DNA of 64,000 nucleotides from Mesotaenium endlicherianum (taxonomy: Eukaryota), in contig WELA01000485.1 in the NCBI GenBank assembly GCA_009602735.1, positions 1 through 64,000 on the forward strand, read 5' to 3'. A model generated the notes under the pieces. That model saw only the letters and a program-made list of their open reading frames with translations. It was not told the DNA's origin and made no database searches. Positions 35,854 to 48,532 of this stretch are shown in pieces. The position numbers were made by a program, and so were the translations under genes. Each line of letters starts with the position of its first letter. The stretch's first letter is position 1.

Positions 35854-36912
35854 ATGGCAGGAGCACAAGATCCTCAGTTAGACAATGGTCTCGACAAAGG
35901 AAAAGCTCAGGAGACATCAGGTAGTTCGCAGGCCAGCCTAGCAATGCTGTCAGATGCTGTTAAAGAAGCTTTACTCAGTATGACCCAGGAAAGGGTCCTT
36001 GCTGCTCTATCTTCCCAGCAGTCACCGATGCCTATACACACTGAAGAAGCCAGGCTTTTGCAAAGTCAAGCACCTCATTCTCAAGTGTTAGCTGCTGGGC
36101 ACAACTGGACTTCTGCCAAACAGAATCTGATAAGACAAGTAATTTGCCAAAGCAGCTTGCTTGCTAAATCTGTAACCCATAACCAGCCATAGCAGGGCCA
36201 AATTCCAATCACGCTTATCATGCTCAAGGCAAAATTTGCGCAAAGCAGACTTAATGGTTTGCACCATCCATTCTGTTGATACACTAGTGTAGGTCATGCA
36301 AGTGCTGACAGCGGAGCAGAACAGAGTCAAAAGGCCAGTACAGGAGACAGATTCAAAGCATGACCAGCAAGCTCGCAAGTTCAAGAGGCTGAAAGAGGAG
36401 AGGAACATGGCAGGGATGAGTATACTCAACAAAGGCAACAGGTGCAGCTCAAGTACTGCAATGAATTGGAGGAAGCGGCCCTGCAGGCCCAAGAAGCCGT
36501 CAACAATGGAGATCATGAGAGCACAGGTACCCTGTTGTCTTCAATTTTGACTGTCATTACCTTCACGAAGAAACTTATCTAGTTGGCGGAAGAATATTCA
36601 TGATCCACGGTAAATGAAGTTCTCAAGAAGTGTGCTATGAATGACAACAGCACAGAGAAGGAAGACTTGGATGCTATGTGCATGAGCAAGAAATCTGTTG
36701 AAAAGGAAGAGCTGCTTAAGAGTAGGCCAGAGAGGTATAACAGGTCAAGATACTCTAAGATTGCCATGCCAATGTACTGTTATAATTGTGGCCAGTTGGG
36801 ACATCTGTCCACTGAGTGCCAGCAACCCAAAAAGTATGATGAGAGGATGGAAAATAGGGCAGCACCTATTATTCCACCCTAGCTGCAATTTCATCAACTT
36901 GGGCCTCAGGTG
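35854..36912 (+). pseudogene. Degenerate gag-like remnant containing an inverted family A integrase fragment
   Basis: CYNCGQLGHLSTEC knuckle at ~36777; minus-strand 36090-36272 encodes TIKSALRKFCLEHDKRDW...QILFGRSPVVPSS, matching the A integrase. Confidence 0.6.
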
Positions 36913-37326
36913 ATGGCACCTCAACCTCCTCAGTTTAGACAGCAAAAGCTATAGGAAGAATGATTGAGTTATGAATACTTTCTTGTGGCCTATGCCAGCA
37001 AGCGATAAGACCAGATTGGTCAAGTTATTGTATTCGTTGGATGATAGCCTCGAATTCCAGAGCTCGATAACACACAAACATTCAGTCATATTAATTGGAG
37101 TGTGGATAATTATTGGACAGCATATGGCTGTGCCTGGAAGTGAGAATTACCTCACAATTGTCTTACGTCATGTGAACAGTGTGTGATGTCGACGATCGTC
37201 TCCATAGCTTGCTAGAAGGAAAACATTGTGTCCAAGCAAGCAAATTCTCAAATTCGAGAGAACCTCTAAACATGAGTTGCAGGCAGAGGAACCAATCGCA
37301 TTGGTGGAGAACATGGTGTCACAGTT

Positions 37327-37867
37327 TGAAATGAATTGTCTTACCAAATAGGCGATAAACAATTAATGAAGATCTTTATATCAACAAGTAATCTATATGA
37401 TGTTTCTGTTTTTTGATCAAACAGAAAAGAACAACACACTAGCAGTGAACAATACTCGTAATTCAATTGGAAGTGAACTAGCATCAATGATGCAATCAGT
37501 AAACTCGCACATAAGCAAGGCTAGAAGACAGTGCATATCAATGACTTCTCGCCTTGGATTCAGATCTCTTCCAGTAAGCTGTACAAGAGAGTTGGCCTCG
37601 TTTCCGAATGCCGAACTCGAGAGCAATGCCTAGCATATGTACATAGAATGCGTTAACTGTTCAACGGCCAGTGCCATGGCACCGCCTACCCGGGAGTTAA
37701 CCACGTTGGTAGAACCTCGGTTAACCAAATCCACCGCCATCTCCCATTATCCCGAATCGCTATCCATCCTGGAGATGTCATCTGGCCATTCATCTAGCAT
37801 ACCACACTTAGATGCATATCTAGGCAGTTCGCTGCTATCGAGTACAAAAGTCAGCTGGCTGTCAAAG
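37327..37867 (-). repeat. Truncated, diverged family E LTR, cut by an F LTR
   Basis: Reverse complement of the 3' ~540 bp of the E LTR; no PBS beside it; the missing part does not resume after element F. Confidence 0.88.
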
Positions 37868-40437
37868 TGAAAAGGGCAGAGTGCCCTAGTGGAAGCGTAG
37901 TAACTCACGAGGAAAGGAACTAGTTGCAATCACTGAAGAGTGCAGCGGCATATTGCTAAGAAAGCTTAGTAAATTACTTGACATTTTGAGTGGCAAGAAA
38001 CTGCTCACAAATGAACTAGGATGAAAGGCCTTGTCATTACAAACCCGTAGAAATTTACAGAAGTGAAAACTGATAAGAAACAAAGAAATCATGCCTATTT
38101 ATAATTTTCTGCCTAAGTGCTCCTCCCTAGGAGAAAGCTACGGATTTTCCTAAGTGTTTGTCAAATCTTCCCTTCCAGAATATTCGTGAGTAAGCCAGAT
38201 CAGTCTAATCTGACGTGTAGGGCCGAATTGACGTCCACATACATGCATCGACATTACTAGAATATTCTATCTTAGACGCGCTAGGCTAAATCGAAACTTC
38301 TAGGTAAATCGACCTAGTCGGCACTCCGCGTCAACCGAACTTACGTGAAGGTTCGACTTCATTCTAACGGGCCAGATCGCTCGACGCTGTCGGTCAATCC
38401 GACGGTCGCGCATACCGCGAATGAAGGACAGTCGTCAAATAACCTCAAAATTAATTAAACTTCAGAAATCCGTAACTTTCTCAATACTTGACCAAATTCG
38501 TTGAACTTTAAATCAGAATGACCACAAAAACGCACTCTACACTAACAAACAATCAAAACATACTTTCATAAAACTCAAAAATGCACTTTATAAACCTATG
38601 ACCTTACATCATCCCCCTCCTCAAGATGCGACGTCCTCGACGCATTCTGCAAATAACGTCTCAACTTACTCTTACAATGAGTCAAGTTGGCCTCCGGCTC
38701 CCAAGTGTTGTCGTCCGCATGGTAGCCTTTCCACTTGACCAGATACTCTTGAACAAGTCGTTGACCTCGCTTGACTCGTCGATCGCCGACAATCGCCTCC
38801 ACTTCATACTCCAATACATCATCGATCTCGACCAGTGGTGGCGACGTAGGTAGTCGTCCTGGATGTCCTTCATTCGGGTCAACGAATGGCCGCAAAAAAC
38901 TGACATGGAACATATCATGGATACGCCAGCCTGAAGGAAGTTCCGACTTGTAGGCCACTGGATTAACCTGCTTGAGCACCACAAAGGGACCTGTGAACCG
39001 TGCTCGCAGTTTCCTCTTGCCTGTGAAAGGTAGGTTCTCTGTTGACAAGAGTACCTTGCCGCCCACATGGAATGTCACTTCCCTCCTGTGCTTGTTAGCA
39101 TGCTTGACCTGTTCCTCCTGTGCCTTTTGAATACACGATTTCGCCATATCCCACGTGTTGGCCATCTGCTCCATAAAAGCTTGTGTAGTAGGAACCTGCG
39201 TCTCCTTGACCTTCTCCAACAAGATGTTCCCTGGATGATATACTTCTCTCCCATAAATCATGGTGAATGGTGACTGCTTGGTGGATCCCTGCATGCTGTT
39301 GTTGTAGACAAACTCCAATCCTGGCAGCTTCTTGTCCCACTCTGAAGGATCTTCCATAGTGAAACTTTTGAGCACCTCTTGCAGAGTTCTGTTGAGCCTC
39401 TCACTTTGCCTGCCTGTCTGAGGATGATAGGAAGTGCTCATACTCTGCTTGGTCCCCATCAAAGTAAACAATGACCGCCAAAAGGTGCTAGTAAGCCTTG
39501 GATCCCGATCTAAAACAATCACCTTCGGCAACTCATGTAGCTTAAAAATATGATCAAAGAATAGTCGTGCCACATCTGCTGCCGTAGAAGTCTTCTTCAT
39601 GGGAATGAAGTGTGCCATCTTGCTGAGTTTATCACACACAACCCATACTGCATCGTGCCCTTGACCACTCACTAGTAAAGATGTGACGAAGTCCATAGCA
39701 ATCCGCTCCCAAGGATTCTCTGGAATAGGTAGGGGCTGCAATGTACCTCTCTTCTTTTGATTTGGTGTCTTGTTTCTCTGGCACGCATGGCAACTCCTGA
39801 TCCACTCCTCGATGTCCTTGTTCACATTTCTCCAATAGTACTCCCGTTTCAGCACGCTTGCCGTCTTCTCGCTTCTAAAGTGTCCAGCATATAAGCAATC
39901 ATGATGCTCCGCAAGTAGTGAGTCTTGTTGCTCGTTGATGTCAGGTACCACCACTCTCTTGGAGTCACCATAATACCATATGCCGTCCTTCTTCTGCATA
40001 CTCAAGTTGGACTCAGCTGCTCCACCATCGGCAAACTTTGGGTCCTCCTCATAACCTCTCTGAAGCTTCTCCTTGAAGTCCATACTCTCCTTGATGGCTG
40101 AGACAGCTGCAGGGTTGATCTTCCCAGGTAAGTACTCAATCTTGTGGTCAAATTGTTGCAGAAATTGCATTCACCTTGCCTATCTTGGTGTCAACGTTGG
40201 CTGCGTCATAAACTTCTCCAAGCTCTTTTGGTCGGTCTTGATAAACACCTTTCTTCCGTCCACATAACATCGCCAAATCCTCAAAGCCTGGTTAATAGCC
40301 AACATCTCCCGCTCGTGTGTTGCATAGTTTTGCTCAGCAAAACTCAGCTTCCTGCTCTCATACGCCACAGGTTGCAATTCTTTGCCTTGATCCTGAAGAA
40401 GAATGGCTCCCACTGCAAAGTTTGATGCGTCCGTGAC
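37868..40437 (-). mobile_element. Chromovirus F, 3' part (RNase H, integrase-chromodomain, PPT, 3' LTR 37868-38608)
   Basis: VTDASNFAVGAILLQ; HHDCLYAGH...CHACQ; YEVEAIVGDR...YLVKWKGYHADDNTWEPEANL; purine tract 38609-38622. Confidence 0.92.
38596..40170 (-). pseudogene. F integrase with chromodomain
   Basis: 524-aa ORF with HHCC, IAMDFV, LDRDPRL, QSERLNR, GPF and chromodomain motifs; upstream stop at 40180. Confidence 0.9.
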
Positions 40438-41229
40438 TGAAATGAATCGTCTTACCAAATAGGCAATCAACAATTAATGAAGATCTTTATATCAGCAAGT
40501 AATCTTTATGGTATTTTCCGTTAACTGGTTAAACGGCAAAGGACAACACACTAGCAGTGAATATTACTCGTAAGTCAAATGTGAGTAAACTAGCATGAAT
40601 AATGCAAATCAATAAACTCATACATAAGCAAGGTTAGAAGACAGTGCTTATCAATGGCTTCTTGCCTTGGATTCAGATCTCTCTCAGTAAGCTGTACAAG
40701 AGAGTTGGCCTCGTTTCCGAATCCGAACTCGAGAGCAATGCCTAGCATATGTACATGGAATGAGTTTATTGTTCAACGGTCAGTGCGATGGCACCGCCTA
40801 CCCGGGAGTTAACCACGTTGGTAGGACCTCGGTTAACCAAATCCACCGCCATCTCCCATCATCCCGAATCGCCATCCATCATCTGGCCATTCATCTAGTA
40901 TATCACACTTAGATGCATATCGAGGCAGTTCGCTGCTACCGAATACGGAAGTCAGCTGGCTGTCAAAGAATGTGTCAGCAAGCTGACTTAAGGTGACCTC
41001 GGCCTGCTATTTCGGGCCGAGTCATTAAACTGATATTAAATATAAAGTCCAGCAGACTGATCATTAACTAGAGTTCAGCAGGCTGAACTTATTTAACTAT
41101 ATTAATTAAATGAACATTATGTCAACCAATATACTGATTCATTACAATCCCTCCAACTTATCACGTTGTCGCCTTGACAACACTAACACAAATAACAGCG
41201 TGCTGTCTTCCGTCCCCATCCTGCTGCCA

Positions 41230-42890
41230 TTAGGAGGGAGATGTCCCTGAGGCTCTATACTCAGGGGAGCCAGACCTCCTCCTGTCTTGGGGTCTTTTGA
41301 AGCCTGTCAGAGAGGGAGGTTCCGTGTAAGAACCCCGCGGAGAACGCAGTAACTGGGCTGTTTCCTCCTGCACAGTCTGGAGGGAGGCAGCCTTCTCTTG
41401 GGCAGCCCTCAAACTGACAGGTACGTATACCGGCATCCCAGAAGGATGTTGCATGACATGAGCCAAGGGTACATGCCCTTTCTGCGAGAGAGATGCTGGC
41501 AGGCCTCTGGCTATCTCCCGAGCAGCCCTCCTGTCTGCTTTGTCTGACTGGGTGTCCTTGCCTGGAGATAAGGTCTGTCCTCTGGCAGTCCCCAGCCAAG
41601 TGATATCCTCCTCTTCAGCAAGTTGCTGCATGGCCAACCCCGTCTTCTCCCTTATAGGGGATGTGGCAGGCGTCAGGATCACGGCGGGGCTAGTGTCCTC
41701 CTCCTCGCCTTCCTCCTCGTCTTCCTCCGACTCCGCCTCCTCGTCGTCCCCGGGTTCCTCTGAGACTTGTGGGGTCTCCTCTGTCCGCTGCTCCAGCTCT
41801 TCCCGAGAAAAAGAATATCCTACTGACCTTCCCCTTTTGGGTGCTGGTGGGGGCTGCTGAGTCCGGACCGCATAGAGGTCCTTTTCCCCCTGCTTACTTG
41901 CCCATTTGGCATAAGCGTGCTTCCCTTTGGAGAATGACTCTCGGGCCCTGCTTCTGTCCCCCTGCATCTCCTGGCTCATGCAGTCTCTGACTCCATCCAA
42001 TCTTGGGTCCCAAGCCGCAATGTGAGGGGGCAATACTATGTTCCCCTTTAGGTCTGTCAGGAAATCCTCATCCGTCGCCCTGTCATTCTGCTAGTCCCTC
42101 ATGTTGATGGTCATCCACCGCCAATCGGTGGGCTTTTGAAAGAAGGCAGGGTCTGTCCTTTAAAGAGTACAAGGGTACCAGTGCCCTGCAAAGTCCAGCT
42201 GCCTGGTTTCCCTGGCCACGAATTCCCAGCTCCTCCTCTCCACCTCGTTGTACATGGCCTTGAACCTGTTATGGGGTGTTGAGTCCTTGAAGTTGTCCGC
42301 GTCCATGGCGATCATCCTGATGACCCTATCTGCCCCCCAGATACCAGGAATCGAGCCAGCTCCTGCTTCGTTCACCTGGGCCATTGCCTTGGCCTCTCCG
42401 ATTGTATATCCTACCATCCTGGCGTGATCGTGGTAGAGGAGGAGCCCTGTGTTGACCTCTATATACTTGTCAAAGTTTTTGGATTTCTCCCCTTCCTTCT
42501 GGAGGATTTCCTTCTGCGACTCACTGCGACTTCTCTGGGCATACTTGAAGGCCTCCTCCAGTAGATCAACGCCCTTGCCCAGCACCGTGTAGCGGTAGCT
42601 GCTGATTCTCCTCTGTTCTTCTTCTTCAGCCTGCTGCTTCCGCTTCTCCTCAGCTTGCCTCTCCTCCTCTGCTTTCTTGGCCTCCTCTGCAGCTTTTCTT
42701 CCTGCCTCAGTCTGGCCTGTTCCTCCTCCTCCTTCTTCTTCTGTGCCTCCCGCTGTTGTTGGAGTCGTTGTGATTCCCGAGCGGTGATGGAAGATGATTC
42801 GATGTCTCCACGGAATTGCAAGTATTCTGCATGTGCCTCTTTCGCCCTTCTCTTCCTCTTGAGTTCCGACTTTTGAGTCAACCTGCTCAA
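41230..42890 (-). pseudogene. E2 additional 3' ORF
   Basis: Homologous to 28497-30157 (ORFs 42459-42890, 42160-43152, 41230-42033). Confidence 0.75.
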
Positions 42891-43205
42891 TCATAAACAC
42901 ACTGCAGTTAGTGAAGTCATGATATTTTGCCGCTACTGAGTGCCCTTGATGAAGAGGGACGCGATCAAGAGAGTTCCTAGAGTGGAATACCTGGTGTGAG
43001 TGAGTATAAGGAAAAATTGAGTTGGAGAGCAAGTGAGTGTGAGCGCAGGTTGAGTGTGTAATATGGTGATCAGAGACTACCACTCCCTCCAACTTAGATT
43101 TAAAGGTGGGCTGCCTGTCACAACTGTCACTAACTGTCACATCCCCCTCCAACTTACATGGAGATAGGACCTCCTGTCACCTTCCCATGTCTACGGAAGG
43201 GACAG

Positions 43206-46200
43206 TTAGGGCGGTGCCCCAGCCGCCCGAAGGTGGAACCGTTTCAACGCCCCTTTGGCATTGGTCAGCTGGTCTTTAAATTCCCAAATGTCCCCAGAGG
43301 CATCGTAACCCTTCCATCGGATGAGGTACTTCTTGACATATTTAGACGATCGACGGACCGAGCGAGCGTCTAAAATCTCATCGACCTCATACTCCTCAGG
43401 ATCGCCGTGCCGGACAGCGGGGACCGGTCCCGGTTGGACAGGTAACCGACCTGTGAACAGTGTATCACCTTTGATGTATGGTTCCAGGTAGGAGACATTA
43501 AAAACCGGGTGACCCTTGTAGTCTGCTGACATGTTCAGTTTGTAAGCATTGTGACCGACACGACGTACTACCGAATATGGACCGACCCAGACAGGGCCAA
43601 GCTTTTTCTTGACCACACCAGGGAGGTACAGGTGCTGAGAATGCAATTTTACTAAATCCCCCTTGGAAAATGTCAGTTCCCGACGGTGTTGATTAGCGTA
43701 TTTTTGTTGGTTTTCTTGGGCCTTGTGCAGGTTTCGTTGGACTTCTGACAGGGTGTCAGCAAACTCCTGAGTTAACTGGAGGGAGACCGGGTTGTCAATC
43801 CCTTCCGGGTCAGTTAAAGACTCCCCCAGTACATCTGAAGGAGACTTAGGGGCTCTACCTTGGCTGAGTTCAAAAGGAGTCTTGCCCGTTGACGCGTGCA
43901 TCGCACTGTTGACCGCAAACTGAATTTGAGGCAACAGGTCATCCCAATTATCTTGTTTTTGGTTAATATATGCTCTCAGCACTTCCTGCAGAACTCGGTT
44001 AGTTCTTTCAGTCTGCCCATCAGTCTGAGGGTGGTTTGCTGTGCTGAGCAGCTGTTTGACTCCCATTAACCCCATTAAAGCTCCCCAGAACTTAGAGGTG
44101 AATTTTGAGTCTCTGTCTGAGATGATATTAGAGGGTAGCCCATGTTGGCATACTACTGTCTCGCTGTTTCGAGTGCAGTTACTTTGACAGTTGTGGGGAT
44201 GAAAATGACCATTTTTGTCAGTTTATCCACGACTACCAATATCGAATCATGCCCATTAGCAGTTCGTGGCAGTGTGACCACCGAGTCCATGGAAATAGTT
44301 TCCCAGCGTCCAGCTGGGATGGGCAGTGGTTGCAAGAGACCTCCGGGTGGTTTGTGCCGAGACTTATTTCTCCGACACTGGTCACAGGACTTGACATATT
44401 TCAAGACCTCCCGGGGTAACCCCTCCCAATAATAATGTTATGCCAGTTTGCCAACAGTTTTGGCCTGCCCCAAATGCCCACCCAGTAAACTGTCATGTGC
44501 TTGACTCAGTGAAAGGGACCTTGTTTCCACGTTACGAGGAACAATTAGCTTCAGCCTGCCTGAAGTGGTTTCAGTCGCCCAGACCCCTCCCTTAAGCTTA
44601 TACACGAGTGCAATAGCACGACACATACCAGTAGTGGGGCTGGGCTCAAATGTTGGGTCAGAAAGGTAGGCCAGCTTCAGCCTGCCCGAAGTGGTTTCAG
44701 ACACCCAGACCCCCCCCTTGAGCTTATACCCGAGTGCAGTAGCACGACGCACACCAATAGTGGGGCTGGGCTCAAATGTTGGGTCAGAAAGGTAGGCTTT
44801 CCTAAGTTGTTCAAGGAAGGACTTTTTCACCTTCAGTGAAGTGAGTGCACACAGGACTTTATCTACAGCATGCTGACTAAAGTTCCTTTCTTGCAAGTCA
44901 GGTCTTCTAGAGAGTGCATCAGCAGGATTCAACTTCCCTGGTTTGTAGTCGATCTGGACTTGGAACTGCTCCAGCATCTGGCTCCAGCGGTTCTCCCTCC
45001 TCGACAGCTTGGACTTCCTATGAAAGTGAGTCAGAGCTAGATGATCTGTAATCACCTTAAAAGCTTTACCATGTAAGTATGCTCTCCACTATTTGAGTAC
45101 ATGAATGATAGCTAGCAGCTCTTTATCATGCACTGAGTAATTAATCTCCGCTGGATTCAATTTCATAAACTTATACAACACAGGATGCCACTCCTGCCAT
45201 ACCTTACCATCCTTTGTGGTTTTGTCAGCAGGCTGCAACAAAATAGCACCCATGGCAAAGTCAGAGGCATCAGTAATCACCTGCACCGGTTTGCTGGGGT
45301 CATACACGGCTAGCACTGGGGCAGAACAAAGGGCAGCTTTAAGGGTCTGGAAGGCAGCCTGCTGCTCTTCCCCCCACACATACCCGATGTCTTTCTTAGT
45401 AAGGTCAGTCAGTTTACTGGCCTTTGTGGAATAATTCTCAATAAATCTCTTATAGTAGTTAGCCAACCCGAGGAACGATCTAACTTCAGAGACAGACTGT
45501 GGTACTGGCCAGTCCCTTATGGTCTGGACTTTCTTAGGATCCACACTGATGCCCTCTTTACTGACAACGTGGCCCAAAAATTCAATACTTTCCTTAAAGA
45601 AATCACACTTGCTCATTTTAGCATACAAGTGATTTTTTCGCAGAGTGTCCAGGACTGTCTTAAAGTGTTCAGTGTGCTGAGCTTCATCTTTAGAGAAATT
45701 AAAATATCATCCAGGAAAACTTGCACGAACTTATCCAAACAAGGTCTGAAAATGTCATTCATAGCACCCATGAAGGTAGCAGGAGCATTAGTCAGTTCAA
45801 TGGCATCACGTTGAACTCATAGTGTCCATAACGTGTGCGGATGGCAGTCTTGTGTTCATCCCCTCAGCAATTCTAATTTAATGATAACCACTCTTGAGAT
45901 CTATCTTACTGAAAACCTTAGCACCAGACAGGGTATCAAGCAAATCTTTGATTCTGGATAAAGCATACTTGTTCTTTACTGTAATTCTGTTCAGGGCTCC
46001 GTAATCCACACACATTCGCATACTGCCATCCTTTTTCTTAACAAATAGGATGAGTGCACCGTACGGTGATTTACTGAGAGAAATATAACTTTTTTCCTCC
46101 AGCTCTGCAATCTGTGTTTTTAACTCCCCACTCTCCAAATAAGACAAGCCATACGTGCGTTGCAAGGGTCGCTGACTACCAGGTAATAAATCAATCATAT

Positions 46201-47130
46201 GATCTACTTCCCTCTTAGGGGGTAGTTCTGGAGGCATATTAAATACATCCGTATACTGAGCAACAATTTTTGCAGCAGTAGGGTGCTCTGAAGGGTTTAC
46301 CTTTTTCTCAACCACTTCTTCAGGTTGAGGAGGTACCTCTCTTAGCAGCAGACAGAACATTCTGTCTTCCTTCTGGTTCCAGCTTTTGACAAACTCCATT
46401 GCATTCAGCAACTTGCATCCTTCTGGAAGCCTCTTCTTTTCCTTCATTTCCCATCCACACAGGACAAGAGGAAGAGCACTGGTGGGTGCCAAGTCAGTCT
46501 GCCCATCACTGGCTCCTCTCACTTTAACTATACCTCTGCTCCAACACACTTCAGCTTGATGTCTATTAAGCCAGGACCTGCCTAGCACGAGATCATAAAA
46601 GCCAGTGTTGAGTACCTCAAATGTAAGCGTTTCAGTTAGAACTGCAATGCCAGAACCTAACTGGACCTCAATAGGCTTGGTTATAACTCCTCCCGGGATA
46701 CTTGAGGCATCTCCAAGGAATATTTTTCTATTCCCTTGGGTGACAGTAGGCAGCCTTAGCCGCTTAACTAAGTCCTTGTGGATAAAAGTATGTGACGCCC
46801 CTCCGTCAACAAATGCCCTCACCTTCCTACCTGCAATCATGCAATGCAGTAGGATAGGGGGGACTGTCTTTTTCTGACTTTCGCATTGTTCTCCTGACGT
46901 AGCAAAGAAATATTGGACATCAGGTGGAACAAGAGCATCCAGAGTGTGCACTCTCTGGTCGTCTATATTGCTGATGGTCTCCTTTATCTGGTTCTCAGGC
47001 ATGCATAGTGAATCCAGTTCAGCAGGACCCATTATACCTGCTACGAGGGCAGCTAGTGACGACTCACTATCTCTAGCATCCTCACAATCAGTAGACTGGA
47101 TTACTGACTCTTGCTATCTTTTAAAGGCTG
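43206..47130 (-). pseudogene. pol: E2 pol (PR-RT-RH-INT-chromodomain), fragmented, with a 126-bp tandem duplication
   Basis: ORFs 45878-47032, 45089-45628, 44438-45055, 44153-44404 and 43206-44075 match E1 pol. Confidence 0.93.
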
Positions 47131-48532
47131 GTCTTTTCTCTCGATCCCTGGCAGGTGCTTGACTGGACACTGTTCTCTGTAGTGACCTTTCTGCTGACAA
47201 TGGTAGCGAGTGAATTTTGCTGAGGCTGGTCTCGGCTTAGTCCTACCACCACCCCTTCCATAGCCACCTCGAGAGAAACCACCTCTACCTCTAGACTGAA
47301 TAGCATTGTACTCATACTCATATTCATCACCCTGATTATCCTCAGCCTGGTCTCCTTCAACTGCATTGTAGGAACCGTGGGGCTTTTTGACAATCTTAGA
47401 CACCAAAGCGTTACTCTGGCGCTTGTGATTGAACTGCTGCTGATCCCAGGCGTCAGCATCCTGGATCAAGTCATCGAGTTTCTCATACTTTTTCTCAGCA
47501 AAATGACCAGAGACCTCGGGTTTCAAGCCATACCTGAAGTATGCTATCCTATACCGATCTGGCAAATCTGGCTGCTTCATCATGTTCTCTTGGAACTTTT
47601 GAGCAAACTCAGCAACTGAAGTGGTCTGCTTCAGTGTCAGGGAGATCATCGCATAGATAGCTTTCTCCTGCTGGTTCATGACATCGAACTTCTCATGCAA
47701 CTTCTCGACAAACTCTACCCACGTAGGGTCACCGAGTTGCCGAGCCTTACGCTCTTCCTTCCAGTAAAGCCACCAGTCTGCGGCACTGCCTTTCAATAGC
47801 GCACCGGTGTGCTTGACCTTCTTGTAATCTTGCAGTTATGGGTAGTTCTCCAGCCACTGCTCAACATCCGCGAGAAACTTGATCAGGTAATATTTTCTGT
47901 TTCCCTCAGGATCATAGTCCTGGGGAGGTTTCGGCTTGGGCTTACTAGGCCCTCGGCCACCACCACTAGTGGTTTGAGACCCCAGTTGGTCTCTGTCCCG
48001 CAGTAGGGACATTATGATTCTTTTGTCCTCCTGCTGGGACTGATACATGGTCGCCATTTGCGACTGCATCTGAACGAACAACGCTCCCAAGTCTACACTC
48101 TGGGGTGGTAGATTAGCAAATGCAGCAGCAGCATTGGCATCTACTTGCTGAGTAATGTCCTCAACAATCCCTCTCGCTCCTGGAGGAGCAATTCCTGCCG
48201 CATTCAGCCGGTCACGTATTTGACCTAGGGGTACATTGAGTTGTACAGCAGGAGGTGGGTTCAGAACATTGGCCCTTGATGCCATAAGTTCTTCAACAGT
48301 GCGCTCATCAGCTGGCTGTCCTTCTCTCCTTTCTGTATCTTCAGCGGCCTTTGCTACTTGTTCAGCTTCTATTCTCGCTCTCTCCTTCTCAGCTTGCTGT
48401 GCTGCGACTGCGGTAATAGCAGTTGCCTCATCTGCAGCCTCTCTAGCTGCAGTATCTGCTACTGCTTCGAAATAGGTACGGGTTCCCGCTACATGGCTTT
48501 CCGCCTGGTTTTTGACATTCTCGTTATTCTGG
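47101..48532 (-). pseudogene. gag: E2 gag, 5'-truncated
   Basis: ORFs 47836-48285 and 47101-47796 match E1 gag; RGG-rich stretch and (C>R)YHCQQKGHYREQC knuckle. Confidence 0.9.

Larger units (their letters stand above)
40438..48532 (-). mobile_element. Element E copy 2 (3' LTR 40438-41146, extra ORF, pol, gag; 5' LTR deleted), inserted in F RNase H
   Basis: Collinear reverse complement of E1 from gag codon ~16 to the 3' LTR end; many stops and frameshifts. Confidence 0.94.
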
